The notes beneath the pieces are model-generated. The model did not search any database, had not been told where the DNA came from, and saw nothing but the letters and a program-made list of their open reading frames with translations. A program made the translations under genes and the position numbers. Below are positions 10,178-18,685 of a DNA stretch of 64,000 nt, one piece after another. The first letter of the stretch is position 1; each line of letters starts with the position of its first letter. Source of the DNA: a bacterium (lineage in GTDB: Bacteria > Zhuqueibacterota > Zhuqueibacteria > Residuimicrobiales > Residuimicrobiaceae); the NCBI GenBank assembly GCA_029565685.1, contig JAKQNR010000001.1, positions 5,710 to 69,709 of the forward strand. The letters run 5' to 3'.

Positions 10178-11673
10178 CGATTGAAGCCTTTTATTTGTTT
10201 GAAAAATTTATAGTGCAAAAAAAATGGATACTTAATTAGAAGTACAATATAATAGAAAATTAAAAATAGCAAAAGCATCATGAGTGAATTTGCTGAATAT
10301 AAATTTAAACAAGTCTGTGAAATTAAAATAATTATTATAGCAACGACCATCATAATAATATGAATTCCAAACACGTCTTTAACAAAGGATGTGAATGACA
10401 ATAAAAATATTTTTTCTGTTATATAAAAAAATAAAACAAGGCCAGGGATGGCGGCTAGAATCATCGTGATAGGCACACCGTTTAGGTTAAAAATATGCAT
10501 CGAGGGATACAAAAATAAAACATATATTAAAAGCGCACAGAGAGCGTTATATATAATTGGTTTTACCTTGCCAATGCCTAATATGATGTTAATCGGAATT
10601 GTAGTTATCGCACCCAAAATATTACTAAAACATAAAATTGATAAAATTTGCCAAGTTTTCTCTGCAATATTCACCCCCATCCAAAGAGCTAAAATTGTTT
10701 TAGAAAATATTGCAATAGATAATAGCATAGGAATTAGAATAAAATTAAATAGTCTATTAGATTTAACATAAATATTTTTAAGATCGGATAAATTGTCATT
10801 TTTCGAGCTTAATTCGCTTGCAAATGGAAAAAGAACTATAGACGCGTTACTTAATAATCCACCTATTGCAGAAATTAATTTTGAAGGGATTGTGAAATAG
10901 GTAACCGCTGAAGGTCCGAAAAAACCTCCAATAAAAAATCTGATTATATAATTATTAAATAAATTTAAAAATCGTGAAAAAAATACATATTTGCTAAATC
11001 CAAATAGTTGCCTCAATGTTGCAGACTGAACATTCAGGCTAAAATGCCAGAATGGAATATTAGCTTTTACATGAAAAAAATACACTAGGGAAATAATAAT
11101 CGAGAGAAAAACATTTATTTGAATAAGCAAAAAAAGACTTTTCGAAATGAATAATACTAGTATGGAAAACACGGTCAAAAATAAATTATATAAAACACTC
11201 AGCTTAGCTGTGAGGTCATATCGCTGTAATCCATTAAGAATTGCGGTAAAGGTACTGGTAATCATTGTAAAAAAAAAACCAAAAGAGCAGCATCTAAGAG
11301 ATGCAATAGCAGCATTTTGGTTTTGCAGGCTAACTTTAAAAAAATGTATTATGTTAGGTGCAAAAAAAAATAAAAGAAAAGTTCCAATTAGACCAAAAAC
11401 GATTTGAATGATGATAGCACAATTGATAAAATCAATTATTCTTTTAGTATCTTTTAAAGCCAGATATTGAGATACATATTTAGTTACACCTTGCCCCAAT
11501 CCTAAATCTAATAAATTATAATAGGCGATTAAACTAAGCAACAATATATAGATACCATACAATTCAACAGTTAATAGTTTTACAAAAAATGGAGTGCTAG
11601 CTATAGAAAGCATTACTGTAATCAACCAAGAAATAGAATTATACGTAGCATTTTTAAAAAGCTTTGAAATCAA
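10174..11673 (-). CDS. wzx: Oligosaccharide flippase (Wzx, MOP/polysaccharide biosynthesis protein family)
   Basis: 499 aa with about 12-14 TM helices. It has the typical Wzx size and hydropathy and lies in the cassette context. Confidence 0.75.
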   Translation of the reverse strand: MISKLFKNATYNSISWLITVMLSIASTPFFVKLLTVELYGIYILLLSLIAYYNLLDLGLGQGVTKYVSQYLALKDTKRIIDFINCAIIIQIVFGLIGTFLLFFFAPNIIHFFKVSLQNQNAAIASLRCCSFGFFFTMITSTFTAILNGLQRYDLTAKLSVLYNLFLTVFSILVLFISKSLFLLIQINVFLSIIISLVYFFHVKANIPFWHFSLNVQSATLRQLFGFSKYVFFSRFLNLFNNYIIRFFIGGFFGPSAVTYFTIPSKLISAIGGLLSNASIVLFPFASELSSKNDNLSDLKNIYVKSNRLFNFILIPMLLSIAIFSKTILALWMGVNIAEKTWQILSILCFSNILGAITTIPINIILGIGKVKPIIYNALCALLIYVLFLYPSMHIFNLNGVPITMILAAIPGLVLFFYITEKIFLLSFTSFVKDVFGIHIIMMVVAIIIILISQTCLNLYSANSLMMLLLFLIFYYIVLLIKYPFFLHYKFFKQIKGFNR

Positions 11674-11719
11674 GATGTTTAGGCTCTTTCATTAAATTAC
11701 TACTAAAGTAAAACGATAT

Positions 11720-12823
11720 TTATATAGAAAGAGTTTTATATAATTCAATCGTTTGCAGTGCAGTAGTTTTCCATGAAAATTTTTTCAATTGCATGTTTCC
11801 TGCCGAGATAAGCTGCTGACGCAAATGCTCATCTTTAATCACTTGTTCAACACGATAAACTAGTTCTTCAGGATCTCGCGGATTAAAATAAATACATGCA
11901 TCCCCTCCCACCTCAGGCAATGAACTTGTTCCGCTGGCAATGACAGGACATTTACATGCAAATGCCTCTAATATAGGAATTCCAAAGCCCTCATAGAGAG
12001 AAGGAAAAACAAAGGCTATAGCATGGTGATAGAAATATATTAATTTAGCATCATTAACGAAATAATGATATACATTCATAGATAACCCCAATTTTTTAAA
12101 CAGGCGGTTTTCATTTTTTTGAAATTTGCCGCCACCAATGCAAATTAAGGATATATTCTCCTTTTTTAAAATCTTAGCGATACTATTTATAAAAAATTCA
12201 AAATTTTTATAACCACTTCTTTTACCTACATATAGCAAATAGCGATTATGCGTATTTTTTTCAATAATTAGAGATGTGGGATTCAAAACCAAAGAATTCG
12301 CTAAATAGATTACATGAATTTTAGATCCAGGCACCTTGTAATATTCCATTAAATCTTTTTTTGTATTATTTGAAATAGCTATTATTTTATCAGCTCGATT
12401 TATGGCATTCTTTTTCCATTGTAATAATTTAACATGCTTTTTCGTTGAAAATTCAGAAATTTCATTAATTAAATCATAAACTGTAATAACAAGCGGTTTA
12501 TTGCCTAAATAATTTAAAAAGTAGGGGTTATAATAAGTCGGATGAAATATTGAAAAATCTTTGCCTTTTAATTCGTTGATTGAATTTCTTTTATTGAAAT
12601 AATTTAATATCTTCCTTAAACCTTTAAATTGTTTACTTGTTATTATCGTTGTGTGCCTTAAAAAAGATAATTCTGCTACATATTGATTATTTGATAACTT
12701 AAGCGCGACTTTAAAATTAAAATCGTACTGGTTTTGAAATTGTTTAAAAAGCTGGATATAATATCGTGATATTCCACCAACAATTTGATCTTGAAATACC
12801 TGATGATCAAAAAGTACTTTCAT
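11720..12823 (-). CDS. Glycosyltransferase family 4
   Basis: 367 aa. Motif FPSLYEGFGIPILEAFACKCPVIAS is the canonical GT4 signature. Confidence 0.85.
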   Translation of the reverse strand: MKVLFDHQVFQDQIVGGISRYYIQLFKQFQNQYDFNFKVALKLSNNQYVAELSFLRHTTIITSKQFKGLRKILNYFNKRNSINELKGKDFSIFHPTYYNPYFLNYLGNKPLVITVYDLINEISEFSTKKHVKLLQWKKNAINRADKIIAISNNTKKDLMEYYKVPGSKIHVIYLANSLVLNPTSLIIEKNTHNRYLLYVGKRSGYKNFEFFINSIAKILKKENISLICIGGGKFQKNENRLFKKLGLSMNVYHYFVNDAKLIYFYHHAIAFVFPSLYEGFGIPILEAFACKCPVIASGTSSLPEVGGDACIYFNPRDPEELVYRVEQVIKDEHLRQQLISAGNMQLKKFSWKTTALQTIELYKTLSI

Positions 12824-12852
12824 CGCAATTTCTGCCTAAAGAATAAAAATGG

Positions 12853-13884
12853 TTAACATTTCCATGTTCTTAAACCAAACCGTGAAATATACATTGGGAT
12901 ATTTTTAAAACCAGCATTCAAATCTTCAACTTCGCGAATGATTTTTCTTTTTGAACTAGCATCAGGTCCGCTTAAAATTGTGAGAGATCCCCCAGAACCT
13001 CCAGCCCCATTTACCTTCCATCCTATTGCTCCATTTTTTTTTGCAACCTGTATCACAGAATCCGCATCACTTGAAATTAGATCAGGATGTAATAAACGTT
13101 GGTATTCATTATTCATGATCATTGCTTTGCCGAAAGCAGAAAAATCTGCTTGGTAAAGCGAATTTTTTCCCAGTGAAGCAATATTCCGCAACTTTTCAAG
13201 AATCGGATGTGTAGGCCCGTATCCTTCTAAATTTTTAATTACCCTTCTATGTACCTCAGAAGAAAAATGCGACTTGCCAAGATATATTAATATTAATCGT
13301 CTTTCTAATTCCCACCAAGTATGATTTGGGATTATTAACTGAGAGACTGATGAATGTGGATATTGAGTCATTTGAATAAAATTTATTCCGCCATAAGCCG
13401 AGGCTATTTGGTCTTGAATGCCGCATTGTTGTCCTAATTTAACAGTTTCAACATCATGGGATAACAGTGCAATCTCATATGGCGTAAGTTTTCCTGGCGT
13501 CACAAGATCAAGAGCAGCAATAAGTGCTACCGTAATTGCAGCCGAAGTTCCTGTGGATGCTCCAGAAGGGGCATTCGAAAATAAATTAATTTCAAAACTG
13601 AATTCTTTAGGAACCTTCATTATATCTATTGCTGCTTCTATAAGGGGATGCTTATCGTAAATAATATTATTGGGATCAATTTCATATGGAGCTCCAAAAT
13701 TTTCAGCATGGATCTTAATTTTTCGGTTGTTCTTACCAATATTCTTGTAAATCTTCATCTGGACTTCGGTATACGGATATACTGCAATATTTAAAACTGT
13801 TCCATATTGAGCGAACCAGGTATCTGTCCAACCACCTAAATCGCAGATTCTGATAGGAGCTACAGCATTTATTGTTTTAATCAA
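12853..13884 (-). CDS. GHMP-family sugar kinase (HddA/fucokinase-like, possibly D-glycero-D-manno-heptose 7-phosphate kinase). It uses a TTG start
   Basis: 343 aa. N-terminal APIRICDLGGWTD resembles the HddA-type R-I-S-F-x-G-G-G-T-D motif. It also has the GHMP ATP motif PSGASTGTSAA and a C-terminal GAGGSGGSL. Confidence 0.7.
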   Translation of the reverse strand: MIKTINAVAPIRICDLGGWTDTWFAQYGTVLNIAVYPYTEVQMKIYKNIGKNNRKIKIHAENFGAPYEIDPNNIIYDKHPLIEAAIDIMKVPKEFSFEINLFSNAPSGASTGTSAAITVALIAALDLVTPGKLTPYEIALLSHDVETVKLGQQCGIQDQIASAYGGINFIQMTQYPHSSVSQLIIPNHTWWELERRLILIYLGKSHFSSEVHRRVIKNLEGYGPTHPILEKLRNIASLGKNSLYQADFSAFGKAMIMNNEYQRLLHPDLISSDADSVIQVAKKNGAIGWKVNGAGGSGGSLTILSGPDASSKRKIIREVEDLNAGFKNIPMYISRFGLRTWKC

Positions 13885-14359
13885 TTTCAGAGCGTTTCCC
13901 TATAAAAATACTTAAATTATATTTTATTAAAGCATAAAAGAGTAAACATTCGCAAATATTTAGAAAGAAAATTCACGAGATTACGCCTCTGGCATGATCC
14001 AGCATTTTTTCATGCGAGGATTCTTACGTTTCCTTTCCACGTAAGGATGTGATACCTTGTGCGACCTTGCAAATCAATGCTGTAAATTCTCTTCTTCGTT
14101 CGGCGTATCCATTCCTAATATGGGCCTTTATACAAGTTACAACCTTACCAACATGCTCAAGCTTGAAGTTTAAACTTCAATTTTATCTTTTATCATGGCC
14201 CCAATTTTAAATAAATTTGATTGAAAAGGTAGAATTTAAAAGTGAGAGGAAACAAATATTGCAAGAAGTTGAAAGCTTGAAATAAGAAGGAAAGGAAAAT
14301 TAATAATTAAAACCTAATAATGAAAAAGAATCATTATAGTTTATAACTATTCTGAGCGT

Positions 14360-14677
14360 TTATTGCAGATAAATAGTCAGCATCCAAACAGCAAACAGTG
14401 CGATGATGATCACCATCACATAAGTGATCACCCGGTGCTGTGGGCTGACGTTTTTCTTTCCCGATGAGGATTCCAGCCAGCCGCGCCAGCTGCAGTCATG
14501 GCAGCGGTAGATTCGTTTGGTGCTGAGGGATTTACGCAGAGATTCCCAGCGGCTGCGGTGCCGGGAACGGTGGATATTCTCGGAAGAGCATTTGGGACAT
14601 ATCATGAGATCCCCTTTTCTGATGCCTGAGCATGAGAGTGGTCTAATCAACGGGTAAACGACATGAAGGGGAATCAA
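14360..14677 (-). CDS. Small zinc-ribbon membrane protein (paralog 1), function unknown
   Basis: 105 aa, possibly starting at the internal Met (MICPKC...). It has CPKC...x18...CHDCSWRGW followed by a single C-terminal TM helix (VITYVMVIIIALFAVWMLTIY). Confidence 0.45.
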   Translation of the reverse strand: MIPLHVVYPLIRPLSCSGIRKGDLMICPKCSSENIHRSRHRSRWESLRKSLSTKRIYRCHDCSWRGWLESSSGKKNVSPQHRVITYVMVIIIALFAVWMLTIYLQ

Positions 14678-14694
14678 TCGGCTTTAACCGGCTG

Positions 14695-14937
14695 CTACTC
14701 TAACAGCGGCAACAGCAGCACCGTCACCCCGATCGATACGGAGACCATGAACAGGTAGGCGATGAAATTTTGCAGCTTTTTGCCGCGGGGCTCGAAATCG
14801 TCACTGATCCACCCGCGCCATAAACAGACGTGACAACGGCACAACATCTTGTTCGTATGGCGTTTACGCCATGACTCCCACCGATTGCGGCTCCTCGAAC
14901 GGTACAGACTCGTTGATCCACACCTTGGACAATTCAT
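14695..14937 (-). CDS. Small zinc-ribbon membrane protein (paralog 2), function unknown
   Basis: 80 aa. It has CPRCGS...RSRSRNRWESWRK...CHVCLWRGW and a C-terminal TM helix. Its architecture and motifs match the downstream paralog. Confidence 0.45.
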   Translation of the reverse strand: MNCPRCGSTSLYRSRSRNRWESWRKRHTNKMLCRCHVCLWRGWISDDFEPRGKKLQNFIAYLFMVSVSIGVTVLLLPLLE

Positions 14938-15188
14938 AACGGCTCCTGCTGCAATTATAAGAATGCCTGACTATAAGAGAATAATTGTCTGAGTGCAATT
15001 TAAGCCAAGTTGAGGTCATTGTCAAGGATTTTTCGGCTCTTTTGCTGCCCCGGCCTCAAGACTTCACTCTCCTGCCCGAAGGATCGCCTGAAATCCAGTA
15101 ACAGACAAATCTTTGTTCCACGGTGCACAAGTCGCCTATTGCAGCGAACCGGAGACCAGGAATTCCATGCCTTCCAAGTTATTTGCGA

Positions 15189-15226
15189 GTATAGTTCTCC
15201 CTCTTGAGAGGGGGACAGGGGGTGTG
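15189..15226. repeat. Single inverted copy of the G/C-tract palindromic repeat (revcomp of CACACCCCCTGTCCCCCTCTCAAGAGGG...ACTATAC)
   Basis: gtatagttctccctcttgagagggggacagggggtgtg is the reverse complement of the units at 15690-15961. It lies 3 nt beyond the DUF559 stop. Confidence 0.7.
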
Positions 15227-15229
15227 TTG

Positions 15230-15679
15230 CTATTCCAGTGATTCCGCATTCTGTTCAGACGCTTGCTGAGCGTTTTCAGCTTTGGCCGGCGATTGTATGA
15301 AGCGATCGGTCGTGATCCAAGAAATAATGGCATCGATGAAGCCGTCGGTGTTTTCATAGACCGCATGGTTATTGAAACGCAATAGGTGGATGCCTAATTC
15401 ATTGAGCCGCTGGGTGCGTTGCAGATCTTTGGCTATGCCTTTTTCACGATAGTGGCTGTCGCCGTCGATTTCAACGGCCAGGTTCAATTCGCTGCAAAAG
15501 AAATCGATGATGTATCGGTCAATTGGTTTCTGCCGGTGAAAATCATAGCCTAACACTTTACGGCCGGAGAGTCGTTTCCAGAGAATTTTCTCCGCCCGAG
15601 TGGCCTGATTTCTCAGACGGCGGGCAATCTGTACAAGATTGGGATTGTATGGGATTATTTTCCGGCGCATGGCAAGCAT
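15230..15679 (-). CDS. DUF559 endonuclease-domain protein (Vsr-like / PD-(D/E)xK fold)
   Basis: 149 aa. ARRLRNQATRAEKILWKRL...GYDFHRQKPIDRYIIDFFCSELNLAVEIDGDSH matches the DUF559 family pattern. Confidence 0.8.
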   Translation of the reverse strand: MLAMRRKIIPYNPNLVQIARRLRNQATRAEKILWKRLSGRKVLGYDFHRQKPIDRYIIDFFCSELNLAVEIDGDSHYREKGIAKDLQRTQRLNELGIHLLRFNNHAVYENTDGFIDAIISWITTDRFIQSPAKAENAQQASEQNAESLE

Positions 15680-15689
15680 CGAAGAGCTG

Positions 15690-15961
15690 TTCTCATTTCC
15701 TCTCGAGATGGGGGACTATATATCATTGTTTGGGGGGAATTCTACACACCCCCTGTTCACCCTCTCAAGAGGTGGATTATATATCATTGTTTGGGGGGGG
15801 AATTCTACACACCCCCTGTCCCCCTCTCAAGAGGGGGGACTATACTCTGATTACTTGTTGGAATGTGTAGATTTTATGCACCCCTGTTCACCCTCTCATG
15901 TGGGGGAACTATATATCTTTATTTGTGGGGATTCTGCACATCCCCTGTTCACCCTCTCAAG
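15690..15961. repeat. Tandem array of about 4.1 units (62-69 bp) of a G/C-homopolymer-containing palindromic repeat
   Basis: The unit is ...CCCCTGTTCACCCTCTCAAGAGGGGGGACTATATATCATTGTTTGGGGGGAATTCTACACA. G-tract length varies (6 versus 8 G) and one unit carries an internal inversion (tctacaca versus tgtgtaga). The last unit provides the fcl stop codon. Confidence 0.85.
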
Positions 15962-16886
15962 CCGCGTTGTTGACGTACCATTCATAAGTGCGCCGCAGGC
16001 CGTCGGCCAGAGAAATACGGTTGCGCCAACCCAATTTATGCAGCCGGCTTGCATCGAGCAGTCGCCGCGGCGCACCGTCCGGCTTGTTCATGTCAAATTC
16101 GATGGCCCCTTGGTAACCGACCACCGCCTTGATCAAATGCGCCAATTCATTGATGGTCAGATCCTCGCCGGCGCCGATGTTGATGAGCGACGGCTGATCG
16201 TACTGGTCCATCAAAAACAGACACGCGTCCGCCAGATCATCCACATGAAGAAATTCACGGCGCGGCAGTCCGCTGCCCCAAACGCTCACCGCCGGCAGAT
16301 CATTTGACTTGGCCTCATGAAATCGGCGCAGCAGTGCCGGCAGCACATGGGCGCCGGTGGGCTCAAAATGATCCGCCGGGCCGTACAAAGCGGCTGTTGC
16401 CGCACAGATAAAGTTGCAGCCGTATTGCTCCCGATACGCCTGGGCCATGCGTATGCCGGCGATCTTGGCCACGGCATAGGGCTCGTCGATGGGCGCCAAC
16501 GGCCCGGTCAACAGACTGTCCTCGCGCATGGGCTGCCGCGCCTGTTGTGGATAGATGCAGGCGCCGGCCAGAAAGAGCAACTTTTTCACCCGAGCCAGAT
16601 ACGCGCCGTGCATCAGGTTGATCTCTATCTGAAGATTTTCGTAGATGAACTGTCCGGGATAGGATGCATGCGCCTGTATGCCGCCTTCGCGCGCTGTCGC
16701 GTCGATGACATAATCCGGACGCTGCTGGTAATAGAAATCGAGCACGGCATGCTGGTCCAGCAGGTCCAGCTCGTCGCCGGTAAAGTAAATCAGGTTTTGA
16801 TAACCGGAACGGCGCAGCGCCTGAACCAGCGCTGCGCCGGCCATGCCGGTATGGCCGGCGACATAAATTTTCTCGTCTTGTTTCAA
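15957..16886 (-). CDS. fcl: GDP-L-fucose synthase (GDP-4-keto-6-deoxy-D-mannose 3,5-epimerase/4-reductase). A TTG start is proposed
   Basis: It has a Rossmann N-terminus (LKQDEKIYVAGHTGMAGAALVQAL) like E. coli Fcl MSKQRVFIAGHRGMVGSAI, and later conserved blocks. The ORF track extends it to 16988 across palindromic hairpins, so that 34-aa extension is judged spurious. Confidence 0.85.
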   Translation of the reverse strand: MKQDEKIYVAGHTGMAGAALVQALRRSGYQNLIYFTGDELDLLDQHAVLDFYYQQRPDYVIDATAREGGIQAHASYPGQFIYENLQIEINLMHGAYLARVKKLLFLAGACIYPQQARQPMREDSLLTGPLAPIDEPYAVAKIAGIRMAQAYREQYGCNFICAATAALYGPADHFEPTGAHVLPALLRRFHEAKSNDLPAVSVWGSGLPRREFLHVDDLADACLFLMDQYDQPSLINIGAGEDLTINELAHLIKAVVGYQGAIEFDMNKPDGAPRRLLDASRLHKLGWRNRISLADGLRRTYEWYVNNAA

Positions 16887-16962
16887 TGGAGATTCCAGAG
16901 CGGTAAAGGTTGTTTCTTTTTCTGTCGCTGAGGATCGCCGCAGTCGTGCGTCGTCGATAGAG

Positions 16963-17040
16963 ATTGCTTCGCTGCAGCGAAGAATCAATCAGGGCTCCTC
17001 TTATTGACGAAGGGGATTGCTTCGCTCCAGCGTAGAATCA
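16963..17040. repeat. Two copies of a 26-bp near-palindrome (gattgcttcgctgcagcgaagaatca), which form hairpins in the intergenic space between the dehydrogenase gene and fcl
   Basis: The first copy contains a perfect 16-bp palindrome, cttcgctgcagcgaag. The second copy is a degenerate repeat 52 bp away. Confidence 0.5.
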
Positions 17041-17107
17041 TTGTGTTGCATAGTCTAGCGGCTGCGCTCGCAATGACAAAAAGGAACCTAGGCGCGCAAT
17101 GACAGTG

Positions 17108-18418
17108 CTATGCCTTGACGATGTTCCCCTGCTTCAGCGGACCGTACAGTCTGAACACATTGCGGGTGTCAATGATCAGTTTGGCGTTCTGGCGCACCAA
17201 CTGATAGTCCACATCCGTGTGATCGGTGATGACGATGACCACATCGTACTGCTTTACTTTCTCCGGCGTCAGTTCGATGCTGCTCATATCATACTGATAT
17301 TTGCGCGTGGCCGGCAACTTGGGAATGAACGGATCATAGTACTCCACTTCGGCGCCTTTTTCCCGCAAAATCTCCATCACCTTGAACGCCGGCGTCTCGC
17401 GCATGTCGTCGATGTCCTTTTTATAGGCCACGCCCAGAATCAGACATTTGGACTTGCGCATGCTTTTGTCCACATTGTTGAGCGCCTCCACGGTCTTTTC
17501 CACCACATAATAGGGCATGTTGGTGTTGACCTCGCCGGCCAGCTCGATAAACCGCGTGGGCATGTCGAATTCATGCGCCTTCCAGGTCAGATAAAACGGA
17601 TCGATGGGAATGCAATGGCCGCCGAGCCCTGGGCCGGGATAAAACGGCATAAAGCCGAACGGTTTGGTGGAGGCCGCCTGAATCACCTCCCACACGTCGA
17701 TGCCCATGCGGTCGAGGATCATCTTCATCTCGTTCACCAGCGCGATGTTGACGCTGCGAAAAATGTTTTCCAGCAGCTTGGCCGATTCGGCCACACGGGT
17801 GCTGGTCACCGGCACCGGCGTGGTGACATAGCCGTAAAGTTTGACCGCGCAGTCCAACGCATAGGGATCATCGGCGCCTACGATCTTGGGAATGTTGCGC
17901 AAATGGAATTTGGGATTATTGGGATCCTCGCGCTCGGGCGAAAAAGCGATATAGAAATCCTTGTTGCATATCAACCCCGACTCTTCCAGAATGGGCCGCA
18001 GGGCCTCGTCCGTGGTGCCGGGCCAGGTGCTGCTCTCCAACACCACCATTTGGTCTTTGCGTAAAAAAGGCTTGAGACTGTAGCCGGTGTTGGTGATGTA
18101 AGAGAGATCGGGTTCACGATGTTCGTCCAGCGGCGTGGGCAGCGCCAGCAGCAGCACGTCCGCCTCTGCGGAGCGGACGAAATCAGAAGTGTACTGGGTC
18201 TTGCCCATGGCGTTGATCTTGGCGATCTTTTCCGAAGGGATATGTTTGATGTAACTTTCCCCCTTGGCAAGTTTTTGAATTTTGCTTTCATCGATGTCCA
18301 ATCCGATGACGCTGACGCCTTCGCGTGCAAACTCGATCAACAGCGGCAAGCCCACATAGCCCAACCCCACCACGCCGATCACGACCTGTTTGCTTTCAAT
18401 CTTTTGCCGTAAGTCCAT
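17108..18418 (-). CDS. Nucleotide-sugar 6-dehydrogenase (UDP-N-acetyl-D-glucosamine / UDP-N-acetyl-D-mannosamine dehydrogenase, WbpA/TviB/WecC-like)
   Basis: 436 aa. It has the N-terminal NAD fold VIGVVGLGYVGLPL and a catalytic Cys region GPGLGGHCIPIDP, with length and motifs typical of the UDP-HexNAc dehydrogenase subfamily. Confidence 0.85.
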   Translation of the reverse strand: MDLRQKIESKQVVIGVVGLGYVGLPLLIEFAREGVSVIGLDIDESKIQKLAKGESYIKHIPSEKIAKINAMGKTQYTSDFVRSAEADVLLLALPTPLDEHREPDLSYITNTGYSLKPFLRKDQMVVLESSTWPGTTDEALRPILEESGLICNKDFYIAFSPEREDPNNPKFHLRNIPKIVGADDPYALDCAVKLYGYVTTPVPVTSTRVAESAKLLENIFRSVNIALVNEMKMILDRMGIDVWEVIQAASTKPFGFMPFYPGPGLGGHCIPIDPFYLTWKAHEFDMPTRFIELAGEVNTNMPYYVVEKTVEALNNVDKSMRKSKCLILGVAYKKDIDDMRETPAFKVMEILREKGAEVEYYDPFIPKLPATRKYQYDMSSIELTPEKVKQYDVVIVITDHTDVDYQLVRQNAKLIIDTRNVFRLYGPLKQGNIVKA

Positions 18419-18685
18419 ACAATCCCTTTCATTTTTCTGGCGGTTGCCGGTTAAGGTTTCAACGCTTAAATAGACGGCTGCCGAACGGATGGATGTTTAT
18501 CAACAAAACTACAATATCTCTATTCAATGTTTTACGCGCCATGTGGTTGGTATGCTGTATTTCTCGTAAAGTCCGAGACAGCAAAATATCATTTTTACGC
18601 GTCTCGCAGCTCGTTTTTCTACGAATACCTGCTTTTCCCTGAATTTTTTCCTTGGTATAAAAGTTGGATGACATTTTCAGAATAC

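Noticed and set aside
15690-15961. A possible CRISPR array, suggested by the regularly spaced repeats of about 35 bp
   Set aside because: The intervening 'spacers' are themselves repeated. Two of them are identical, tatcattgtttggggggaattctacaca. No cas genes are present. The structure is a tandem repeat of units of about 66 bp
15523-16307. Plus-strand ORFs 15523..15870 and 15639..16307 and minus-strand ORF 18459..18830 with repetitive HTPCSPSQEGGLY-type peptides
   Set aside because: These are translations of the G/C-tract repeat arrays, and for 15639..16307 of the antisense strand of fcl. They are artifacts
15957-16988. The long version of fcl, with a 34-aa N-terminal extension
   Set aside because: The extension is translated across two palindromic hairpins and has no counterpart in Fcl homologs. 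The TTG at 16886 aligns with the canonical Fcl N-terminus
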